Shown: positions 46,914 through 55,450 of the stretch, piece by piece | Numbering within the stretch: the first letter of the stretch is position 1 | Layout of the letters: each line of letters opens with the position of its first letter | NCBI GenBank assembly: GCA_905236675.1 | Contig: CAJOND010000030.1 | Span: 26,061 to 90,060, forward strand | Length of the DNA: 64,000 nucleotides | From: Candidatus Rifleibacteriota bacterium | Lineage (GTDB): Bacteria; Muiribacteriota; Ozemobacteria; Ozemobacterales; Ozemobacteraceae | Direction of reading: 5' to 3' | Program-made: the position numbers and the translations under genes | Notes under the pieces: generated by a model | Told to the model about the DNA's origin: nothing | The model's database searches: none | The model's input: the letters and a program-made list of their open reading frames with translations, nothing else

Positions 46914-49238
46914 ATGAAAACTTTGGTATTTGCTGAAAAACCTTCTGTTGGTAAAGATATTGCTCGTATTTTAGGTGCTACTAATAGGGGCGATGGTTTT
47001 TTAGAAGGAAAAGATTATATTGTAACCTGGGGTTTTGGTCATTTAGTTTCAATTGGTCATCCCGAAGTTCAGAATCCAAGCTGGAAGAATTGGAGTATGA
47101 ATATTTTGCCAATGATTCCAAAAGAATGGAAGTGTGTTGTACTACCAGCTTCGAAAGAACAATTTGATAAGGTGGCTAAACTATTTAACAGGTCCGATGT
47201 GGATACCCTTATAAATGCGGCTGATGCTGGAAGAGAAGGGGAATTGATTTTCAGACTGGTATATAATCAGTGCGGTTGTAAAAAATCCTTTAAGCGTTTA
47301 TGGATTTCAAGTATGACCGACGAAGCAATAAAAACAGGTTTTAAAGACTTAAAGCCTGGAGAAAACTATGATAACCTTGCAAAAGCAGCAGTTTGTAGAA
47401 GCAGAGCTGATTGGTTGGTTGGAATGAACTTAACTAGGGCCTATACTAAAAAGCTTAATACTATGTTTACTTTGGGCCGTGTGCAGACACCAACTCTTGC
47501 AATGGTTGTGAACAGACATAAAGAAATAATTAGTTTTGTTCCAAAAGACTATTGGGAAGTGGAAGCCGTATTTGATAATTTTTCTGCAATATGGTTCAAT
47601 CCTGATGCAGACGAATATCCTACAAGAATAGATTCCTTAGAAAAGGCTACTCAATTATCAGAAAATTTGAAAGATAAAATTGCTACAATAAGTTCTGTTA
47701 AAAAGACAGCGAAAAAGCAATTTCCACCATCATTATATGATTTAACTACTCTTCAGAGAGATGCAAACTCTAGATATTCTATGACTGCGGCAGATACCCT
47801 TTCGACGCTTCAAGGTCTTTATGAAAAAAGGAAAGTTGTAACTTATCCTAGAACAGATAGCCGTTATCTGTCTGACGATATTTTCCCAACTATAGAAAAA
47901 AGATTAGCTTCTCTTCCTCCAGAATATTCTGGTTTCCTTGATTATTTAAGAAATAATAGACCTAAAAAAGATAAGCGTATATTCAATAATGCAAAAGTTT
48001 CAGACCATCATGCTGTAATTCCAACTGAAAAACCTGTAAAAGACATGGCTGGGTGGTCTAGTGCAGAGAAAAAAATATATGACTTGGTAGTAAGAAGGTT
48101 TATTGCGGTTTTTTATCCTGATCATCAATATTTATCAACTACTATAGTTGCTAAAATTGGAGAAGACAACTTCAAGGCTACTGGTAAAGTCGTTACAGAT
48201 GAAGGTTGGAGAATTCTTTATCCTAAAAAGACAGTTAATACCAATACAACTGCTAATGAAAAATCATCTGATTCAAATTCTGAGGATGAAGAAAATATAC
48301 AGACACTTCCAGAATTAAAAAAAGGTGATAATGAAAAGGTTGTGAATTCTAATCTTCTTACTAAAAAGACAAAACCTCCTCTTGCCTATACGGAAGCAAC
48401 ACTTTTGCAGTCTATGGAAACAGCTGGCAAAATGGTCGAAGACGAGGAACTTAGAGATGCTATGAAAGATGGAGGGTTAGGTACTCCTGCAACAAGAGCT
48501 GAAATAATAGAAAAGCTTATAAAAGTTGGTTATATGTACCGTGACAAAAAGAAGCTTGTTCCAACAGAAAAGGGAATCAATATAATTGATAATGCTGAAG
48601 AAGAAATTAAAAGCCCGGATTTGACCGGGAAATGGGAAAAGCGTCTCGCTGATATTTCTCATGGAAAAGATAATGACAAAGACTTTATGAATGCGATTTC
48701 CGAATATGTAACTACGGTGGTTGCAAAAATTAAAACCTCTAATAAACTTAGAGATTTGGCTTCTGCTATAAATAATACTTATGGCGGATGGAAGAAACAA
48801 AAAGATGATAAGGGTGAAAAAACTTTAAATAGTGAAACGGAAGAAAAAGTTTTGCGAGTTTCGAAACCTGTAAAAGCTATAGTTAAACATAAACTAAAAG
48901 CAGATGATTCGAATAAATCTAATGTTTCTTCTGCAAAGCCTTTGACAAGAGAAATAATTGCTCCTTGCCCTGCTTGTGGAATAGGGGGTATAATAGAAGG
49001 ACAGCGTGGTTTTGGTTGTAACAGATACAAAGAAGGCTGCCATTATGTCGTATGGAAGGAAATGTATGGAAAAAAGCTTTCTCAAAGTGCAATTAAAGCT
49101 TTGATAGATGGAAAACAAACTCGTGTGATGAGTGGTTTTAAGCTGGATGACGGAACTATAGTTTCAGGCAGACTTAGAATGAAAGAAGATAAAAGTGGGA
49201 TTGAACTCGTTTGGGTTGCAAGTCCAGGTCAAAAATAA
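46914..49238 (+). CDS. topB: DNA topoisomerase III with C-terminal zinc-finger region
   Basis: Toprim N-terminus MKTLVFAEKPSVGKDIARILG, TWGFGHLV, and the active-site region YPRTDSRYL. C-terminal CPACG...GCNRYKEGCHY. Confidence 0.9.
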   Translation: MKTLVFAEKPSVGKDIARILGATNRGDGFLEGKDYIVTWGFGHLVSIGHPEVQNPSWKNWSMNILPMIPKEWKCVVLPASKEQFDKVAKLFNRSDVDTLINAADAGREGELIFRLVYNQCGCKKSFKRLWISSMTDEAIKTGFKDLKPGENYDNLAKAAVCRSRADWLVGMNLTRAYTKKLNTMFTLGRVQTPTLAMVVNRHKEIISFVPKDYWEVEAVFDNFSAIWFNPDADEYPTRIDSLEKATQLSENLKDKIATISSVKKTAKKQFPPSLYDLTTLQRDANSRYSMTAADTLSTLQGLYEKRKVVTYPRTDSRYLSDDIFPTIEKRLASLPPEYSGFLDYLRNNRPKKDKRIFNNAKVSDHHAVIPTEKPVKDMAGWSSAEKKIYDLVVRRFIAVFYPDHQYLSTTIVAKIGEDNFKATGKVVTDEGWRILYPKKTVNTNTTANEKSSDSNSEDEENIQTLPELKKGDNEKVVNSNLLTKKTKPPLAYTEATLLQSMETAGKMVEDEELRDAMKDGGLGTPATRAEIIEKLIKVGYMYRDKKKLVPTEKGINIIDNAEEEIKSPDLTGKWEKRLADISHGKDNDKDFMNAISEYVTTVVAKIKTSNKLRDLASAINNTYGGWKKQKDDKGEKTLNSETEEKVLRVSKPVKAIVKHKLKADDSNKSNVSSAKPLTREIIAPCPACGIGGIIEGQRGFGCNRYKEGCHYVVWKEMYGKKLSQSAIKALIDGKQTRVMSGFKLDDGTIVSGRLRMKEDKSGIELVWVASPGQK

Positions 49239-49240
49239 AA

Positions 49241-51424
49241 ATGGATCAAGTATTTAGAATAATAGTATATATATTAGCTGCTAATATTGCATATTTAATC
49301 TTTTCTCTAATAAGACAAGGTTTTAAGCACTATTCAAATTATATTGCCGAACTCTTTACCCTTATGATGGGAAGTTTATGGTTATTAAATCAGGATATAA
49401 ATCCTGGATGGGTTTTACTTTTATCTGTTATAGGAATTATTGTTTTTATAGTTTTACCAGTTATTTTACAGGGTAAAATAGATTCCCTGATGGCTGAAAA
49501 CCGTTATGATGAAATAAAGTCATTTGCTACTCTTAAATCAGCTATTGCGTGGAGCAGTCCTAATTCTCATTTGAAAGATATGGCTGATATTGCTTATAAC
49601 TATGCAGAAAGCCCTGTTAAGATGGTTGAGGAATTAAAAAAACTTTTAGGTCAGGGTGAGCCTTATGATAGCATGACCAGACTTTTTCTAGGGATGATTC
49701 ATTTTAATAGAAGAAACTTCAATGAACTAATTAATGACTTAAGAATTCCAGATAAAAAATTTGAAGAACAAAGTTTTGAAGAATTACTATATCTAGTTAG
49801 AGCGTATTTGGAAACTACAAGATATGATGAAGCAGTCGAAGCTCAGATAGCATTAGAAAAAAAGGCTAATGAAAATTGTGACAATAAGGTAGAACGTAGA
49901 AACAATACTATTATTAATAGGTTCGTTTTTTATGCCTTTATGGGTTGGAAAGACGAATACAATGATTTTCTGAGTTCTAATGAAAAAGGTGTTGATTTAC
50001 TTCCTCAAGATTTAAGAGATTTTTGGAAAGGTGTCAGCTATTTTTATTCTGGTCTATATGACGAAGGCGAAAAACAGATGAAAGAAGTCATAGCTTCTAT
50101 TCATGAAGATGACTTTGTGGTGAGAGAATTCATGCAGAAGCGTCTATACGATATGTTAGAACATAAAGTATTCTTTGATAAACATGTTTTACCTAAATTA
50201 AAAGAATTACACGAAAAGTATAATAAAGAAATTACTGACTTGGTAAAAGATAATGATAAAAGCATTGTAGAAGTAAAGCCCAAGAAGTTTGTTACAGAAA
50301 TACTATCTTTTGCAATATTGGTTATTTCTGTGATTTTCATAGTTGTTTTTAATGTTGAAGACTCTGTTGAATTGATAAATATGGGAGCAGCCAGTTCTGT
50401 TCTTGTTAAATACGGCGAATACTTCAGATTAGTTAGCTATATTTTCGTTCATATGGGATTCTTGCATTTATTTATGAATTTAATAGCTCTTAGATATTTC
50501 GGTCCTCCTGTAGAAAGCATAGCAGGGTGGGGAGCTTTTCTGTTTATTTTCTTGATTAGTGGTATTGGTGGCGGGGCTTTATCCTGTTACTTTGGTACTA
50601 AATTGACGATTGGTGCCTCTGGCGGTGTTTTAGGTTTGCTAACTGCTGGAATTGTATTTGAATTATTTAAAACAAAAGATTCCCCATCCTTTTCTAATCA
50701 ATCAAATATTTTTAATCTTGTTTTTATATTAATAATTAACGTTGTTTATGGGGTTTGGGAAAAAGGGATAGATAATTATGCCCATCTTGGAGGTATTATA
50801 GCTGGAGCATTAGCTGGTTTACTTTTTGTTTTCTTTATTAATAAAAGAGCTTTAAGGATTCTAGCAAATTCTATTGCTTTAGTTATTTGTGTTGGAATAT
50901 TAGGATATGCTTCTTATTGGCATATCAGTTCTTTTATTGCAAATGATTTTTATCCTTCAAAAGTGAGTGGTTATAAAGAGTGTAATATTGCCTCAACAAC
51001 ATTCAAGGTTGAAGCTCCATTAGAATGGAGCCTTGATAAAGATAACAATTCTCCTAATGGAATTAGTTTTAATGGTCCTTTTAATGAAAAGATTATCGTT
51101 AATATATCTTTTAATGTTCAATCGAAAGAAGAATATTTAAAACAATTAATTGATAGAAGCAATAAAGAGATAGAAGAACTAAGTGGCTTTGAATTGAATT
51201 CGGTTTCTGGACCTACAAAGGTTTCTTTCAGAGATAATACATACAAAATTGTATGGAAAATAAAAATTAGTGGTAGAGATGTGTCTATTGTAGATTTTGT
51301 TGTATTTGATAGCTTCTTTAATGAAAATGTTTGGGTTTACAAAGTTGAATATGCTTTAATTTCAAAACATATAAATCGTTATGATTCAATAATGGAACAT
51401 ATGGTTTCTTCCTTGAAACTTTGA
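49241..51424 (+). CDS. rhomboid-family intramembrane serine protease with N-terminal TM/TPR-like module and C-terminal extracytoplasmic domain
   Basis: Rhomboid core: YFRLVSYIFVHMGFLHLFMNL, catalytic GASGGVLGLL, YAHLGGIIAG. I prefer the ATG at 49241 (3 nt after the topB stop) to the track start at 49211, which overlaps topB. Confidence 0.8.
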   Translation: MDQVFRIIVYILAANIAYLIFSLIRQGFKHYSNYIAELFTLMMGSLWLLNQDINPGWVLLLSVIGIIVFIVLPVILQGKIDSLMAENRYDEIKSFATLKSAIAWSSPNSHLKDMADIAYNYAESPVKMVEELKKLLGQGEPYDSMTRLFLGMIHFNRRNFNELINDLRIPDKKFEEQSFEELLYLVRAYLETTRYDEAVEAQIALEKKANENCDNKVERRNNTIINRFVFYAFMGWKDEYNDFLSSNEKGVDLLPQDLRDFWKGVSYFYSGLYDEGEKQMKEVIASIHEDDFVVREFMQKRLYDMLEHKVFFDKHVLPKLKELHEKYNKEITDLVKDNDKSIVEVKPKKFVTEILSFAILVISVIFIVVFNVEDSVELINMGAASSVLVKYGEYFRLVSYIFVHMGFLHLFMNLIALRYFGPPVESIAGWGAFLFIFLISGIGGGALSCYFGTKLTIGASGGVLGLLTAGIVFELFKTKDSPSFSNQSNIFNLVFILIINVVYGVWEKGIDNYAHLGGIIAGALAGLLFVFFINKRALRILANSIALVICVGILGYASYWHISSFIANDFYPSKVSGYKECNIASTTFKVEAPLEWSLDKDNNSPNGISFNGPFNEKIIVNISFNVQSKEEYLKQLIDRSNKEIEELSGFELNSVSGPTKVSFRDNTYKIVWKIKISGRDVSIVDFVVFDSFFNENVWVYKVEYALISKHINRYDSIMEHMVSSLKL

Positions 51425-51565
51425 AATAGATTTTTCAACAATCTTCTCTCTAATTATACCTATGCCAATAGTAAAAAAATCTTTTTTTTGCGTACCCTCT
51501 TGCAAATGATTGATAAAAGAGATAAATTCCTTTTAATAGAAAAATAATAAGGGGGCTTTTATTTA

Positions 51566-52261
51566 ATGATAAAACGAATCAAATTTCTTGCTGTTACAGC
51601 AATGTTGTCTTTACCTGTAAGTTTAATTGCAGCTGAAAATAGTTGGTATAATCCAAAAAGTTGGTTTAATAAAGACAATAAAAACACTTCTACTACTGTG
51701 ACTGGTAATGTTGATTCCTTTAAAGATCAGGTTATTTTCAAAACTCTTGATGGTCAGACTCTTCTTCTGATTGGTAAAAAAGCTAGCAAAGTTGGCGAAT
51801 GTGGAACTGATGCAAAAATACGTGTTTTCGGTAATGTTTATAAACCTTCTGATAAATATCCTACTGGTGCTCTACAAGTAAGAAATTATAGGGTTTTAGA
51901 AGAAGGAACTAAAGCAGAAGAAGCAACAAATACTTCTAAAACATCTGAAGTTACAGAAGAACCAACTCCAGAACCATATGAAGAACCAACTTTAGAAGCA
52001 GCTCCTGAAGTTGTAGATGAAACACCAACTGAAATTGTTGCAACTCCAGAAGAAGACAACACAATTATAGAAGCTGTTGAAGAAGAAACAGAAACTAAGG
52101 CAGTTAAAACTTACGTTGTTCAGTCTGGTGACACATTAGGCAAGATTAGTTCTAAAATTTTTGGTACTACTACAAAGTGGAAAAAAATAGCTGAAGCTAA
52201 CAACATAACTAATCCAAAACACTTAAAAGTCGGTATGACTCTTAAGGTGCCAGAATTATAA
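51566..52261 (+). CDS. secreted LysM-domain protein
   Basis: Signal peptide. Pro/Glu/Thr-rich linker. C-terminal LysM YVVQSGDTLGKISSKIFGTTTKWKKIAEANNI...LKVGMTLKVP. Confidence 0.8.
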   Translation: MIKRIKFLAVTAMLSLPVSLIAAENSWYNPKSWFNKDNKNTSTTVTGNVDSFKDQVIFKTLDGQTLLLIGKKASKVGECGTDAKIRVFGNVYKPSDKYPTGALQVRNYRVLEEGTKAEEATNTSKTSEVTEEPTPEPYEEPTLEAAPEVVDETPTEIVATPEEDNTIIEAVEEETETKAVKTYVVQSGDTLGKISSKIFGTTTKWKKIAEANNITNPKHLKVGMTLKVPEL

Positions 52262-52272
52262 TTTAAAAAATA

Positions 52273-52959
52273 ATGAAAAGACAAAGATTGTTGATTATTC
52301 AAATATACTGTCTTTGTCTTTTTTTTGTTATTCATTTTATTTATTCTTCATTTGGACAAGTAAACAGTGTAGAGACCAAACCAGATTCTATTTGCGTAAA
52401 AGAGGAAGATGTAAATGGAAGTGGGCAGTATCCTTATAATTTCAGACTAATAGATAATTGTCTTGCAGCTGGCGGGAGTCTTTTTAATCCAGTATCTAAA
52501 AATAATACAGATGAAAAAGTCCGTGAATACATTCGTTTCTTAAAAAGAATGGGAATTACTTCTTTAATGCTTTTGCATGTTCCATTGAAGAAAGATTCTT
52601 TAACTTCACGGCTAGAGGCTTGCTGTGAAAAAGAAGGTATGGAATTAATAAAAATGAGAATGAATGCGGAAGAATTGCCTACGCCAGAGCAGACAGATTA
52701 TTTAATGAAGGCAATAGCTTCTGGAAGTTATGTTCATTGTATGTGGGGTTGTGATAGAACTGGTGCTATAATAGGTAAGTATCTTAGAAAGAAAGGTTAT
52801 TCTGGTCAGCATGCTTTTGAGGCTATAATCAATAAAGGAACCCATGCTGGTAAACTTGGTGGTTTTAAACGAAAATCAGGGAACAAGAACCTTCTTTTAT
52901 ATTTTTGGCCAGAGGTTCAATATGAAAATCCAGAAATATATAGTGAATTCTCGAAATAA
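52273..52959 (+). CDS. secreted or membrane-anchored Cys-based (CX5R) protein tyrosine/dual-specificity phosphatase-like protein
   Basis: N-terminal hydrophobic segment. Signature VHCMWGCDRTGAIIG equals HCX5R(T). Confidence 0.65.
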   Translation: MKRQRLLIIQIYCLCLFFVIHFIYSSFGQVNSVETKPDSICVKEEDVNGSGQYPYNFRLIDNCLAAGGSLFNPVSKNNTDEKVREYIRFLKRMGITSLMLLHVPLKKDSLTSRLEACCEKEGMELIKMRMNAEELPTPEQTDYLMKAIASGSYVHCMWGCDRTGAIIGKYLRKKGYSGQHAFEAIINKGTHAGKLGGFKRKSGNKNLLLYFWPEVQYENPEIYSEFSK

Positions 52960-52994
52960 ATATTAAAGTAAAATTCGACTATTGAGATTATTGT

Positions 52995-54998
52995 CTATTC
53001 TTCTATTTCTTCAACGATCTCTTCGACAATTTCTACTTCAGGTTCTTCAAATATTTCTTCTATTACTTCTTCTTCTTCTATTTCTTCAATAATCTCTTCG
53101 ACTATTTCTTCTTGAGGTTCTTCCTCTATCTCTTCAATAACTTCTTCAACTATTTCCTCTTGAACTAATTCTTTGTTTTTATCAATATTGTCATAATTTT
53201 CATTTTGTTCGTAGCTTTTAGGGGTTTCAGTATTGACTTCACCTAAGTTATTTGCAATATCGTTCTGAGCTTCTTTTGTTTCCATGATTAAGTTATCAAA
53301 AAAACTATAAGTTTTATTTGGATTATTATTGGTTACTTCATCAGGTTTTGGTTCTAAATAATCTGTCTTACTTTCATTATCATTATATTTGCTATTTTCA
53401 TTTTCAGTTATATTGTCTTCTGTTTTTTCAGGTTTATTTAATTCTTCATTTTCATTGTTTTCTATATTTGTTGGATTATTATTGTTGTTGATGTCATGGT
53501 CATCATTATTTTGAAGTAATTCTTCTATATTAATGTCGTCTTGATTGTTTTCGTTTTCATTACTTTCTTCAGTATTATTGTCGGTATTAGTAGAATCAGA
53601 AATCGGTTTTTTCTTAGATTTTATTTTTTTAATTATAACTATTGCTGTAATGATTACTAAAACTATAGAAACAATAATAATTATTATTGTTGTTAAACCA
53701 TTCATTTTTTTAGAAAGTTCTAAGGTTTCTTTTAACGGTTTCCCTGATTTTAGAGCTTTTTCCAGATAATCTTTAGCTTTTTTGGTGTCTTTTTTTCTTT
53801 TGTCATAATAGAAATAATAAGCCATTCCTAAGTTTCCTTCTTGGCTATTTTTATCCTTTGTTAATATCTCTTCAGCTACTCTTTTTATTTGATTGCTATT
53901 AGGATTATTGTTTAACATTACTAATAGCTTTATTTTCAGATAATCAATATTGTTATCTAATTTATTATTGTTATTAATTAATTCATTTGCTTCACTATAT
54001 TTTTTTTCAGCATATAGTTTTCGTAATTGTTCAATTATTTCTTTACTATCTAGATTATTACCTTTTTCTTCTTCATTTTCGTTTTCATCTTCATCTTCAT
54101 CTTCGTCTTCGCCTTCACCTTCTTCTTCATTTCCCTCTTCGTCTACCTTTTTCTTTTCTTTTTCCTTCACATTTATATTATTGTTATCATTTACTTTTTC
54201 TTCTTCTTCTTCTTCTACATCTTCGCTTTCATTCTCATTTTCATCTTCATCTTCATCTTTATTCATATCTTTTTTAACTTCAACGTTTTTCTTTTCTTTA
54301 TTGTTGTTTTTACTATTTATTCCTTTATCTAAGTTTTGTTGCCAATAATCTAATATTGTGTTTGAAAAAAGTTTTGAAAAGGATAGATTATCCTGTATTC
54401 CATTGCTCCAACTAATAATAAAAGGAAGGTTCCTGAAAAAGTTATATAAACTATAAACTTTTATTGGAGTGATTTTTTTATTAGAATTAGCGTCAGAGGG
54501 CTTTGTTGATTTATTATTCTTTGTTATATCATTTGGGGTTTTATTTGGATTGATTTTGGCGTTATTAATTTTTGGAGAATCATTTTTTACTTTAGATTCT
54601 AATGCTTTTTTCTCAGTATTTTTTGAACTTCCTTTTAGGGTTGACTCATTTATTGAGTTAGAAGATAAATTTGTTTTCTGGGGAGAATTTATTTTAGGTT
54701 TGGAAACATTGGCATTTGTTTTTGGTATACTGCTTGTTTTTTCTTTTTTCTCTGAATAGTTAATATTTTTTTTTGAAGATCTAATATCAATATTATCTGA
54801 ATAATTGTTATCCCTTATAATTATTATTGGTGATGGCTTTTGGGGTGGGATTACTATTGTTTTTATATCCTTGTCTACGTGATAATCAACTTCTGGTGAT
54901 TCAAGATTACGTAGAATTTCATCTATATCATTAGCATAAATACTAGTTGAAACAGATATAAAAATTAGAAATGATAAAAATAAATAAAATCTTTTCAC
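52995..54998 (-). CDS. highly acidic low-complexity membrane protein with Sel1/TPR-like segment
   Basis: Signal-like N-terminus. Long Asn/Lys/Ser-rich and Glu/Asp-rich tracts ([11 protein letters not shown]). TPR-like block. TM helix [23 protein letters not shown]-terminal ([14 protein letters not shown])n. GTG start in a GTGA overlap with the rnhA stop. Confidence 0.6.
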   Translation of the reverse strand: MKRFYLFLSFLIFISVSTSIYANDIDEILRNLESPEVDYHVDKDIKTIVIPPQKPSPIIIIRDNNYSDNIDIRSSKKNINYSEKKEKTSSIPKTNANVSKPKINSPQKTNLSSNSINESTLKGSSKNTEKKALESKVKNDSPKINNAKINPNKTPNDITKNNKSTKPSDANSNKKITPIKVYSLYNFFRNLPFIISWSNGIQDNLSFSKLFSNTILDYWQQNLDKGINSKNNNKEKKNVEVKKDMNKDEDEDENENESEDVEEEEEEKVNDNNNINVKEKEKKKVDEEGNEEEGEGEDEDEDEDENENEEEKGNNLDSKEIIEQLRKLYAEKKYSEANELINNNNKLDNNIDYLKIKLLVMLNNNPNSNQIKRVAEEILTKDKNSQEGNLGMAYYFYYDKRKKDTKKAKDYLEKALKSGKPLKETLELSKKMNGLTTIIIIIVSIVLVIITAIVIIKKIKSKKKPISDSTNTDNNTEESNENENNQDDINIEELLQNNDDHDINNNNNPTNIENNENEELNKPEKTEDNITENENSKYNDNESKTDYLEPKPDEVTNNNPNKTYSFFDNLIMETKEAQNDIANNLGEVNTETPKSYEQNENYDNIDKNKELVQEEIVEEVIEEIEEEPQEEIVEEIIEEIEEEEVIEEIFEEPEVEIVEEIVEEIEE

Positions 54999-55450
54999 TG
55001 GTCTTTTATTTCTTTAGAGAATTTCATACGTGCTTCAACTGCTAATTTATCACATCTTTCATTTTCAGGATGGCCTGCATGACCTTTAATCCAAAACCAT
55101 GAAAGTTCATGCTTTTTAGATAAATTAAGCAGTCTTTCCCAGAGTTCCTTGTTTTTTACAGGTTTTTTATTTGCTGTTTTCCAGCCATTATTGAGCCAGG
55201 AAGTAAGCCAGTTTTTTAAAAATGCATCACATACGTATTTGCTGTCTGTGGTTATCTTCACTTTACAAGGTTCTTTCAGACTCTCTAATGCATTTATAAC
55301 AGCTAGCAGCTCCATTCTGTTATTTGTTGTTTCCGGTTCACCGCCTGAAAGCTCCTTTTCAATACCTTTAAATCTTAGGATAGAACCCCATCCACCAGGT
55401 CCTGGATTTCCGCTGCAAGCTCCATCACTAAATACATCTACTTCTTTCAT
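54995..55450 (-). CDS. rnhA: ribonuclease HI
   Basis: [44 protein letters not shown]. The ATG at 55450 forms an ATGA overlap with the upstream stop. The track start at 55462 is also possible. Confidence 0.92.
   Translation of the reverse strand: MKEVDVFSDGACSGNPGPGGWGSILRFKGIEKELSGGEPETTNNRMELLAVINALESLKEPCKVKITTDSKYVCDAFLKNWLTSWLNNGWKTANKKPVKNKELWERLLNLSKKHELSWFWIKGHAGHPENERCDKLAVEARMKFSKEIKDQ

Noticed and set aside
46914-49238. topB as a marker of an integrative conjugative element or plasmid region
   Set aside because: No relaxase, coupling protein, T4SS, integrase or repeat boundaries are visible nearby. The neighbours are chromosomal envelope genes.
49211-49240. Track start of the rhomboid ORF overlapping the end of topB
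   Set aside because: The extra residues MGCKSRSKIK overlap topB by 28 nt. The ATG at 49241 directly follows the topB stop and begins the first TM segment.
53950-54348. Plus-strand ORFs (132 and 96 aa) of poly-Ser/Leu/Phe/His composition; also 53545-53769 and 54469-54759
   Set aside because: They are antisense shadows of the GAA/GAT-rich acidic tracts of the 667-aa minus-strand gene and are low-complexity artefacts.
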